Assembly (NCBI GenBank): GCA_963662285.2
Contig: CAXXMV010000006.1
Location: 1,280,001 to 1,344,000, forward strand
DNA: 64,000 nucleotides
From: a bacterium
Lineage (GTDB): Bacteria; Hinthialibacterota; Hinthialibacteria; Hinthialibacterales; Hinthialibacteraceae
Reading direction: 5' to 3'
The position numbers were made by a program, and so were the translations under genes. Shown piece by piece: positions 50,244 through 58,729 of the stretch. Each line of letters begins with the position of its first letter. The first letter of the stretch is position 1. Under the pieces are notes generated by a model. The model saw only the letters and a list, made by a program, of their open reading frames with translations, was not told the DNA's origin and did no database searches.

Positions 50244-51449
50244 TTAATCTTTAATCTTATTTCTTCGCCATTTATTCCGGGGTATGAGATAATACAACAG
50301 CGTCGCTCCGATTATCAATGTAATCATTGAAATAAAGATGCGATGCATCCAGCTGGTCGATGTATATGATGAGTTAGAAAGACCAGTATGTACGGGCGCG
50401 GCCAGGATGCCGTCTGCTAACTCAGCATGGCATTGAGCGCAGGTTGCCGCTAGATTATCTGGATGAACCGATGAGTTCGGATCAGCGCTTGGGAGGATAA
50501 AATGAGCGCCATGACAACTACTGCAATTGGCAACTTCCTTGGAACCATTCTGCAAAGCTAAACCATGATAACTATCAAAAAAAGTTTCAACTTTATAGTT
50601 GGATTTATTATGCTCGTTGGTCATTAATAGAGAACCATGGCAACGTCCACAGGAGTTTTCGGATACCTTAAAGAATGAGGCTGGAGATCTTTCATCTTCT
50701 ACTTTATATATTGCATGCTCCCCATGGCAGTCGGTGCAGACGGGAGCATTCTTATGTCCGGTCAGAGCCGATTTACCATGAATGCTCATCTTATATTGCT
50801 GCATCTCAGCAGGATGGCATTCGCCACAGGTATCAGCGATATTAAAAAAATTGGTCTTTGATTGTGGATTACGCAATGGCATGATTGAGTGATAATCATG
50901 ACAGTGGACGCATGATGGCGCTTGAGAGTTGCCACTGGCCAGGGCAATAGCATGGATGTTATCATTTTTTATGAGAGAGGTGGATTTATGACATTGAGCG
51001 CATTGCATACCGATTTTGAATTGATTGGTGAATGAGTTTTGATCTTTGGCAGAGAGTAATTGATGAGCATCGCCATGGCAGGCAATACAACTTGGACCTT
51101 TTTCAGTCGCATGAACAGTATTGGCAATCTCATTATATGTATTGTGACAATGATTGCATTCGACTTTTTCCAATTCAATTGGATGGGGTGATGTTACAAT
51201 ATCTGTATGACAAGCTATGCAATCGAATCCCTTGTGGGCTGAAGTCTTGAAGGAATGGTAGTCGATAAACATAGAAACCGATTGGCCGTTTACCTCACCC
51301 ATCAATTGTTTATCTGCATGGCACTCCATACAGGTTTCATTTTTAAAGGCGCCTGTATGCCCATTTTGGGGATACTGAGCAATGCAAAAGATGAATAACA
51401 GGCCGATTGTGAAAGAGGTTATCCTTCTAAAACGTATCATTCTTATCAT
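50244..51449 (-). CDS. Multiheme cytochrome c (11 CxxCH) with C-terminal membrane anchor
   Basis: CMECH, CIACH, CNHCH, CIACH, CAQCH, CVHCH, CGECH, CTDCH, CGRCH, CSSCH, CAQCH; signal peptide after MIRMIRF; hydrophobic C-terminus. Start uncertain (51464, 51449 or 51440; track 51557). Confidence 0.9.
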   Translation of the reverse strand: MIRMIRFRRITSFTIGLLFIFCIAQYPQNGHTGAFKNETCMECHADKQLMGEVNGQSVSMFIDYHSFKTSAHKGFDCIACHTDIVTSPHPIELEKVECNHCHNTYNEIANTVHATEKGPSCIACHGDAHQLLSAKDQNSFTNQFKIGMQCAQCHKSTSLIKNDNIHAIALASGNSQAPSCVHCHDYHSIMPLRNPQSKTNFFNIADTCGECHPAEMQQYKMSIHGKSALTGHKNAPVCTDCHGEHAIYKVEDERSPASFFKVSENSCGRCHGSLLMTNEHNKSNYKVETFFDSYHGLALQNGSKEVANCSSCHGAHFILPSADPNSSVHPDNLAATCAQCHAELADGILAAPVHTGLSNSSYTSTSWMHRIFISMITLIIGATLLYYLIPRNKWRRNKIKD

Positions 51450-51525
51450 GGGATATTGGGGCATTTCACAAAAAACATTATGAAGGAGAAAAAACTTGAT
51501 TGTTAAATCATCAAGTTTTTCTTGC

Positions 51526-51732
51526 CTATTGGCTTCCTTTTTTAGAAGGCGTTCCATCTTTAGATTTGGTCTTTGTTTTAACTTTAGGTTTTGTCTTTAA
51601 AATAACGCTATTGGTATTATTAATAGCGAAGCGACCGCGCAGGATGCATCCCCTCATTCCTGGTTCGCAGGGACTCGATTTTACTCTCATGCACTTGCCG
51701 TTTAATTCATTCGGGCAATCCCATCCACCCAT
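51526..51732 (-). CDS. Small 4-Cys hypothetical protein with basic tail
   Basis: GGAG RBS before ATG; MGGWDCPNELNGKC...CEPGMRGCILRGRF; co-directional between thrB and the cytochrome gene. Confidence 0.7.
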   Translation of the reverse strand: MGGWDCPNELNGKCMRVKSSPCEPGMRGCILRGRFAINNTNSVILKTKPKVKTKTKSKDGTPSKKGSQ

Positions 51733-51779
51733 AATTCAACTCCATATCTATCTTGGAAACATGATATTTTTAATAATAA

Positions 51780-52700
51780 CTATTCATCAAAAACGTATTG
51801 CAATCCCCGGTTATCGGCTTTGAGGAAACGGATATCCGCTTGCATGTTGTATTTGGCTATGGCCTGTTTCATGGCTATAGCGACGTCTTCTTTGTTTTTA
51901 ATCGTCATAGCCATCATGGTAGAACCGGAGCCGCTCAAGTACGCTCCAATAGCGCCAGCTTTTCGGGCGGCTTTTATTACATCGAACAGAGGTTTCAGCG
52001 CCGGGATGTTGGCTTGCCTTTGAGGCTGATGGATGCGGTCGTCAAACAGATCGCCCATTGATTCATAGTCGCCAATGGCGAAAGCTGAAGCGAGCAGGAT
52101 GCCACGGTTAAGCGTGTAAATGGCATCCTCTCTAGGTATGTTATGTGAGAAGATATCCCGCGCTTTATCGGTTTCAACTTCGTTGCTTGGAGAAATTGCC
52201 ACAAAATCGATCCTATCGGGAACATCGAATCGGTAGACAAGCAGTTTATCTTTAATGATTCCGGAAGCTGCCATTCCACCGTAGTAGCAAGCGGCGACAT
52301 TATCAGTGCAGCCCTCCAACTCAGCCGCCCATTTAACGATATCTTTTTCTGTAATCTCTAAATCCAATAACTGGTTTAATCCAACTAATACAGCAAGTCT
52401 TATAGTTGCGCTGCTGGCAAGACCTCTTGCAATTGGAGTTTTATTATCAATGCGCAAAGTGAAATCTTTGGCCGCCGCGCCGCTGCGTTTGAAAAAATAG
52501 TTAGCCGCCGCTTTAACCATCTCTTGGCATGGAGGCTGAAGTTTATTATCTAAGCCTTCGATTACCTCTAATGTTGTTTTTGAATCTGATATCTCTATCT
52601 CAAAATAATTCAATAGATTAACGGCGACGCATAATGTATCGAACCCTGAACCGAGATTGGCGGATGAAGCGGGGATTTTGAATTTAATAGTATCTTTCAT
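51780..52700 (-). CDS. thrB: Homoserine kinase
   Basis: PASSANLGSGFD, PIARGLASSA, EG..DNVAAC..GG, DRIHQPQR, LSGSGST. Confidence 0.92.
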   Translation of the reverse strand: MKDTIKFKIPASSANLGSGFDTLCVAVNLLNYFEIEISDSKTTLEVIEGLDNKLQPPCQEMVKAAANYFFKRSGAAAKDFTLRIDNKTPIARGLASSATIRLAVLVGLNQLLDLEITEKDIVKWAAELEGCTDNVAACYYGGMAASGIIKDKLLVYRFDVPDRIDFVAISPSNEVETDKARDIFSHNIPREDAIYTLNRGILLASAFAIGDYESMGDLFDDRIHQPQRQANIPALKPLFDVIKAARKAGAIGAYLSGSGSTMMAMTIKNKEDVAIAMKQAIAKYNMQADIRFLKADNRGLQYVFDE

Positions 52701-52725
52701 TGAATAACAATCTAGTTGAATATTA

Positions 52726-53892
52726 TTATTGAGACGCCTTTGTCAAAGAAAGATATTGTTTCCATTCATCGTAGGCAGGACGCTTAACACCTTTTTCGTC
52801 GTACATGCCGCAATCTTTCCATACTACAAAAGCCTCCGGGCAACTATCTTTTATTTTAGCCCATAAGGCGTCATAGTCGCGGTATAGGAACGAAATTACG
52901 AAAAGATATTTATCCTGATTGGCTCTATCCAGCAGAGTTCGGATGAAAGTACTTTGCATGTTGGGGCTGCCCTTGATAGTAAGGTTATATCTTTTTAGCC
53001 GGATGGTTTCCGCTGGAAAAGTTGTTTCGGTGATGGCTATAGGCTTATCGGTGAAATTTTTGAGCCATTCGAAAATCTCAATGGGTCTATGCGATTGTCC
53101 CGCCATGAAGGGGTGATAACTGATGCCGACGATATCGTTGTACTTTAGGAATTCTTTGATTTCAGCCTGTTGTTTGGGCGGATCCCATTCTTTGTTGGTT
53201 AGGTTATGTAATGAGATAGTAGCGAAAACGGGCAAGTCCGGATGTTGTTCCTTCAACTTGGAATAGGTCTCTTTATAGAGTTCAAGGTAATTGGGCCATT
53301 TTTCAGGTGAATGATGGAATAGTTCATTGGCTTCTATGCTGATGGCCAGGTAATCAGGCTCAAAATAATCTATGGCGCGTTGGCAGTAATTCAGATAGGC
53401 TTTTTTGATGATGGGGTCGTTGAAGGCTTTGTTTTGAAATGCTTCCGGCAACGGCATATCATCGCTTTCTCCACGGTACAATTCCATACCGTTCCGTCCT
53501 TCGTTCAATACGTTGAGCGACAGGAAAATTTTCTTGTTGCGGCACGTTTTCTTGCGGCTATCCCAGTCTTTCAACATATTGGGATGAAAAGGCTTGCCTT
53601 CCAATGCTTCAGTCCAGGGTACGCCTTGCTCGAGGTGTTGAGAGATGATGTCGCCGTTCTGGGCGATCCATTGGTTGGTTTCAGTTACAGCCGGGATGCT
53701 GAAATCATAGGGGAAGGGGGTGAATCCCATGTAGAAGCAACGGTTTTGGCTGGTGATAGGTTTTAATTCGTACGTTATATCAGAAGATTTATCCGAGCAT
53801 CCGACAGAGAAGAGAATGCTGAATAATGATATGAAAACGATGATTGATGATAAAGCGCGAAAACTTAATGAATGCAGTATTTTAGAATACAT
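52726..53892 (-). CDS. Putative lipoprotein glycoside hydrolase (clan GH-A-like, GH53-related)
   Basis: Lipobox-like SVGC; MGFTPFPYD, GVPW.EAL, YLAISIEANEL, ISYHP, KPIAITET.F, W.D.GMYDEKG..RPA. Confidence 0.65.
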   Translation of the reverse strand: MYSKILHSLSFRALSSIIVFISLFSILFSVGCSDKSSDITYELKPITSQNRCFYMGFTPFPYDFSIPAVTETNQWIAQNGDIISQHLEQGVPWTEALEGKPFHPNMLKDWDSRKKTCRNKKIFLSLNVLNEGRNGMELYRGESDDMPLPEAFQNKAFNDPIIKKAYLNYCQRAIDYFEPDYLAISIEANELFHHSPEKWPNYLELYKETYSKLKEQHPDLPVFATISLHNLTNKEWDPPKQQAEIKEFLKYNDIVGISYHPFMAGQSHRPIEIFEWLKNFTDKPIAITETTFPAETIRLKRYNLTIKGSPNMQSTFIRTLLDRANQDKYLFVISFLYRDYDALWAKIKDSCPEAFVVWKDCGMYDEKGVKRPAYDEWKQYLSLTKASQ

Positions 53893-53949
53893 ATAAATAA
53901 CTCCGCTTTAAGTGTATATATAATAGTACGAGGAAACCGGAGAAAAATT

Positions 53950-55659
53950 TTAACGTTCGATGAATTCTTTCATCCGGCGCAGGCCTTCACGGATGTTTTC
54001 CATAGATGTGGCGAATGATAAGCGGATATATTCCTGATCTTCGCCCTGATTCTTTCGTCCGAAGCAGGTGCGGGGCAATACCGCGACGCCAGCTTGTTCA
54101 AGCAGGGCTTTTTGTAGTTCGTTGGCTGTGCTCATGCCCAGGCGGCGGCAGGCGTCGGTAACGTTGGGGAAAGCATAAAATGCGCCCTGCGCCTTAAGAC
54201 AGCGGATTCCTTCGATAGCATTGAGGCCTTCTACGATAACTTTACTGCGCTCTTTGAATTGCTCGATCATATAGAGCGATTCGTCTTGCGGGCCTTGCAG
54301 AGCCTGGACGGCTGCCAGCTGGGAGAAAGAGCAGGTGCAGCTGTCGATGTTGGTTTCGATCTTGGCCAACTGTTCGGCCAGCGAGCGGTTCATGACGCCG
54401 TAACCCAGACGCCATCCGGTCATGGCGTAGGTTTTGGAGAAACCGTCGACCAGAATGGTTCTTTCTTTCATGCCCGGATTGCTGATGATGGAGTGAAATT
54501 CGCCTTCAAATATTATCTGGGAATAGACTTCATCGGCGATTACCCAAAGATTATGATCTATAGCTAATCTGGCGATCTCGCGCAGTTCGCTTTCGCCCAG
54601 CATGGTTCCGGTAGGGTTGCCGGGCGTATTGATGACGATCATGCGGGTTTTGGGAGTAATGCGGTGTACCAGATCGTCTACCGAGAAATTCCAATTGTTG
54701 GATTCCAGCAAGGGCAGGGGAACAGCTTTAGCGCCGATCCACTCAGCCACTGATTCATAAATGGGATATCCCGGACTGGGGTAAAGCACTTCATCGCCGG
54801 GATTAAGCAGAGCCATCATGGCGTCGAAAATAATGGGTTTGGCGCCGGGAGTTACCACGACTTCTTCGGGATCAACCGGAATGCGTCGGGTGCGTTGAAT
54901 GTACTGCGCGATGCATTGGCGTAGTTCAACAATTCCGGCGCTGGCCACGTAATGAGTTTGTCCCTGGTCTATGGCTTTCTTGGCTGTTTCACGGATGGGC
55001 GTAGGAGTATCGAAATCTGGTTCTCCTAATCCGAAGGAGACGATGTCGCGCCCTTGATCTTTCAGTTTGTTAACTTCAGCCAGGACGGAGAAGGCTGTTT
55101 CGGTACCCAGGCGTTTCATACGGTCAGACAAAGGCCGTAGATCAGAAGCCGTATTGGTAGAGAAGAGAATAGTCCCAGTGATGGGCGCTACAATCCATAA
55201 AGGTTTGCCTGAATGGTTATTGTTTAAGAAATTATTAAAAGATTCCGCTGTCAGCTCGTCAGTGTTTTGAATATTCCATTGCGGCGCGTCAACCGGAGGT
55301 TCCGGACATATTGCCGTGACGCAGGGATTAGGGTATTTGTTGACGCAACCTGCGTCTGAAGAATCAACCAGACAAAACACGCGGCGTGATGCTGCGCCAT
55401 TGTTTAAGCAATCATCTAACTTCGCCAAACCGGATTTGGGGATGCAGGTCGGCGGCGTTCCAATCTCTTGATACGCGTCTTTAACTACTTCGCTGAATTG
55501 CTCTGAGTAGAGCAGGATATCGCCGCCCGGCCAGTTGGGATTGGTCGGATCGACGCGCATCTGGTGGAACAATAGGCAGCCGACAGCGTTTATCAATGAT
55601 GATGAACGGTTCGACGCCTGAAGGCGATTGATTCTATGGGAAAGCGCAGCTTGGTTCAT
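53950..55659 (-). CDS. PLP-dependent class I/II aminotransferase with ~170-aa N-terminal degenerate transketolase-like domain
   Basis: LGTETAF, GEPDFDTP, TPGAKPII, NTPGNPTG, DEVY, DGFSKTYAMTGWRLGY, GAFYAFP, IRLSFA; N-terminus FHQMRVDPTNPNWPGGDILLYS. Confidence 0.85.
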   Translation of the reverse strand: MNQAALSHRINRLQASNRSSSLINAVGCLLFHQMRVDPTNPNWPGGDILLYSEQFSEVVKDAYQEIGTPPTCIPKSGLAKLDDCLNNGAASRRVFCLVDSSDAGCVNKYPNPCVTAICPEPPVDAPQWNIQNTDELTAESFNNFLNNNHSGKPLWIVAPITGTILFSTNTASDLRPLSDRMKRLGTETAFSVLAEVNKLKDQGRDIVSFGLGEPDFDTPTPIRETAKKAIDQGQTHYVASAGIVELRQCIAQYIQRTRRIPVDPEEVVVTPGAKPIIFDAMMALLNPGDEVLYPSPGYPIYESVAEWIGAKAVPLPLLESNNWNFSVDDLVHRITPKTRMIVINTPGNPTGTMLGESELREIARLAIDHNLWVIADEVYSQIIFEGEFHSIISNPGMKERTILVDGFSKTYAMTGWRLGYGVMNRSLAEQLAKIETNIDSCTCSFSQLAAVQALQGPQDESLYMIEQFKERSKVIVEGLNAIEGIRCLKAQGAFYAFPNVTDACRRLGMSTANELQKALLEQAGVAVLPRTCFGRKNQGEDQEYIRLSFATSMENIREGLRRMKEFIER

Positions 55660-55726
55660 TCTTTAATTAGTCCAGTTAAAGTATCACTCGTTGTTCAATT
55701 TGGTTAATAGATAATGAATATATGGA

Positions 55727-57838
55727 TTATTCTTTGGGCAGCAGATCCATATTACTGCCGCGAATGGCGCCCATAGTTTTAACGGCCTGGTTGGCGGTCA
55801 TGCCGTCATAGACTACAGCGCATACTGCCGCAGCAGTGGCAGCCGGATCATCGGCGCCGGGATACAACACGTTTCGGCCTACCAAGGCGCCGCGTACGTT
55901 TTCTCCCTCGCCCATGCCGCATTCAAATTGTTCGATAACGCCTACCGGGTTGCCGGTTGATTCGCCTCCCAGCATCAGGATAGGACCGGAGAATGCATGC
56001 GCGACGCGGTGATAATCTTTGACATAGGGTATCTTGAGCCATAAGTTGGCGGATGAATGAGAAAGGCCGGTGGCCACGCCCATTACTTTGATTAAGGCGT
56101 CAGCCTCAAAAACAAGTTTGTAATTCCCGTCAATCTGTTGAACGGGCAGCGGTTCGAGGAATACAGGCATATTTTCTTCGTTGCAGGCTTCAATGCTGCG
56201 GGCGCATTCTTCCATGGTCTGAATGGCGTAGCGGTCGTAGGGATCGGGAATGGCCAGACGCATCAATAGTTTGGCGCCGTCCAGTTTAAGGCTTTTAATC
56301 TTTTTAACGTCGCGGTAGGCGGTCATGCGGTCGAGTAGTTCATATTTGGCGCCAGCCAGACCGCTGCGGTTCATGCAGGCGATCAAGACGCGGTGGTCGA
56401 GAAAACTCTTGCCGTTTTTCTCTTCATAGAGCGAATCGAGCAGAAACAGGTCTTCAATCACGTCAGCTGTCGCCATGATGCCATCGACGGCTGAAGCCAT
56501 CAGCACCCGTGCGCAACGCCCCAGGTAATCAAAGCGGTTGCCCATAGCGGTTGGTTCCTGTCCAACATTAGTAACCATACGCGCTGGATGGTCGGCGGCC
56601 AGAATAACCAGTTTGCCGTTGGGAGCAATGGTTTTACGCTGTTTGCGTTTTTCCATACGCTCTTGTATCAGGGTTGGATGCTTGACGCGAAGGTCGGCTA
56701 ATTTATCCCACAGGTCATCTGTGAGGAAACGGCGGGTTTGGAATATATAGTTGCGCGGCAAGGCGTAGTTAACGTCAATCCGGTTGCGGCATGAGAAGAA
56801 GAAGGCTTTGGCCGAAGCGATAATGTCTTCGGGTATTTCGCTGCCAATTGGTTTAATCTCGAAAGAGAGCGTCCCAGCGTATTCCGTCTCAACCAGGGCG
56901 TGGAGATATCCGGCGAGTACTGTTGGATTTAATTCACCTTCAGCGGCGCTTAAGGCCGGGTGGACGTCGCCGTAACGCTGGTCGCCGTCAGGGGCGTTGC
57001 GGTTGAGAACTACGTTTGCGATATGAATATGCCCGATGTAGGGGATTAATTTCTTTAATACTCCGGGGCTTTCGCCGGATATCAGCATGTGGCTGGTATC
57101 GATCATCAGACCGAATTCATCGTGACCGTAATAATGCCGCACTGATTCGACCAGGCGCTCCGCCCGGTCTGCTGAGCCGACCAGGGATTCCTTGAAGAAA
57201 CTGGTTCCGGGGATATTGGTGCGACCGTCAAAGACTTCCATCAAAGGCCGCATGGGGGGCTGCTTGCCTGCTTGTTCGAATATATATTGGCAGATTTCAT
57301 GCACCGATCGGCGTAGTTGAGCCAGAGCCTCTTCGCTGACGCGGTCGGCTTCGGCGCCGGATAATCCCTGCATGATGGCGGGATTCTTGCCGCTGTAGAA
57401 GGCGAATTTCTCACATCCGAAACCATAGGCTTCATCGATGCATTCTTTTAAGCGTTCGATAGCCTTGCAGCGTTCGTTTTCATCTAACGAACAGATGTCG
57501 GATGGTTCAACGATTTTGTCTTCGTTGATCAACTGCACCAGTTGGGCGGAATATACAACTTCCTCAATTTGCTTGCCCTGTCTGGCTTTTTTAAGAATTT
57601 GTTTAACTTCTTTGCGAATCGATGAAGATTTGATGCGGGTAATCTCTACTGATCCAAAATCAGGGTCGTCAATGATATATTGAAGACTTTTCAGTACATA
57701 CTCTTTACGACCCTCCCCGCGCATCACTGATCCGGTGTTGCCTGGACCGGGGAAAAGCACGGGATGTACTACGCCCAGAAGGTTAGTTTCCAAAGCCACG
57801 GTTAATACTCCCAATATATTCGGTTTAAATTTCCACAA
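55727..57838 (-). CDS. Fusion of a xylose-isomerase-like TIM barrel and a class I aldolase (Cgl0159-like)
   Basis: N-half: LMEVFD, GLMIDTSH, HIHIAN, GDVHP, SFEIKP metal ligands. C-half: AADHPAR, MNRSGLAG, GAKLLMR, FLEP, LWLKIP, LMLGG, LVGRNVLYP. Confidence 0.8.
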   Translation of the reverse strand: MWKFKPNILGVLTVALETNLLGVVHPVLFPGPGNTGSVMRGEGRKEYVLKSLQYIIDDPDFGSVEITRIKSSSIRKEVKQILKKARQGKQIEEVVYSAQLVQLINEDKIVEPSDICSLDENERCKAIERLKECIDEAYGFGCEKFAFYSGKNPAIMQGLSGAEADRVSEEALAQLRRSVHEICQYIFEQAGKQPPMRPLMEVFDGRTNIPGTSFFKESLVGSADRAERLVESVRHYYGHDEFGLMIDTSHMLISGESPGVLKKLIPYIGHIHIANVVLNRNAPDGDQRYGDVHPALSAAEGELNPTVLAGYLHALVETEYAGTLSFEIKPIGSEIPEDIIASAKAFFFSCRNRIDVNYALPRNYIFQTRRFLTDDLWDKLADLRVKHPTLIQERMEKRKQRKTIAPNGKLVILAADHPARMVTNVGQEPTAMGNRFDYLGRCARVLMASAVDGIMATADVIEDLFLLDSLYEEKNGKSFLDHRVLIACMNRSGLAGAKYELLDRMTAYRDVKKIKSLKLDGAKLLMRLAIPDPYDRYAIQTMEECARSIEACNEENMPVFLEPLPVQQIDGNYKLVFEADALIKVMGVATGLSHSSANLWLKIPYVKDYHRVAHAFSGPILMLGGESTGNPVGVIEQFECGMGEGENVRGALVGRNVLYPGADDPAATAAAVCAVVYDGMTANQAVKTMGAIRGSNMDLLPKE

Positions 57839-57939
57839 TTATTATAGGAGTTTAACGATTTAAAATGAAACCCTATCAAATGTTTATGTCATGTACTTAT
57901 TTCAAAACAATAGTTTAAAAGGAACATTTTCTTATCTGA

Positions 57940-58611
57940 TCAAGGAAATGAGAGTCCTCCTGGAAAGCGGACGATGTTGCCCTGGCTATACAAACCGTTG
58001 CTGGGATCGTAACGGTTAAGTTTACTGAATCTAGAGCGCACCAGGATGGTTCCGTCGGCATTTAGGACGCGATGGTTTTTATCGGGTCCAACGCTGTAGA
58101 CCACATAGTCCTTGGGGATTTTTTTACTATCCGCTTCATTGTAGTCTGGCGCTGTGCCCTCTAGGGTTCCATTGGCGTCAACCGGAACACGGACCGCTTT
58201 GACGGGGGAGAAATTGCCCAATGCGTCGAAACCGAATCCGCAGCGCTCGTAATATAGTAATGGATTGCCATCGTTGCCCCATTGACCCATTTCCAATAGG
58301 AACGGATCGGGTAAAGCGTTATTGAGGTAAGGGATAGGCGTAGTCAAACCTGCCGGGCCATCGGGGTGATTGGGAGGGAAGCCAGCGGGCATTTGCCACT
58401 CAACGCCGCCATGATCCATAACATAGGGATAACTTCCTCGTTCAATACAATACATTTCAAGAGCTGAGGAGAGCGTTCTTAAATCGCTTTGCGCTCTTGC
58501 TACTTTGGTTCTATTCCAGGCATTAACGAAATTGGGAACGGCTATTGATGCCAGAATTGAAATAATCGCTACAACAATTAATAACTCGATTAGAGTGAAT
58601 CCACGTTTCAT
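57940..58611 (-). CDS. Type II secretion/type IV pilin-like protein (GspG-like pseudopilin)
   Basis: MKRGFTLIELLIVVAIISILASIAVPNF prepilin motif; LTTPIPYL, YSVGPD, YDPSNG. Confidence 0.9.
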   Translation of the reverse strand: MKRGFTLIELLIVVAIISILASIAVPNFVNAWNRTKVARAQSDLRTLSSALEMYCIERGSYPYVMDHGGVEWQMPAGFPPNHPDGPAGLTTPIPYLNNALPDPFLLEMGQWGNDGNPLLYYERCGFGFDALGNFSPVKAVRVPVDANGTLEGTAPDYNEADSKKIPKDYVVYSVGPDKNHRVLNADGTILVRSRFSKLNRYDPSNGLYSQGNIVRFPGGLSFP

Positions 58612-58729
58612 GCTATGCCCCCGGTCTGTACAATTAATAAAAAACTATTTATATCAATAACGTATATACGGTATTAATGTGACAAATTTCATGAAATACT
58701 TATGAATATCTTGAAAAGATGGATATGAA

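Noticed and set aside
16520-51780. Sulfur cluster as an active integrative element or prophage-borne island
   Set aside because: No integrase, transposase, tRNA target or flanking direct repeats seen; lateral origin remains a phylogenetic inference only.
58677-58694. Rex-like box ATGTGACAAATTTCATGA between the pseudopilin and ggt
   Set aside because: Several mismatches in AT-rich DNA and no obvious redox-related target; cannot be supported without a PWM scan.
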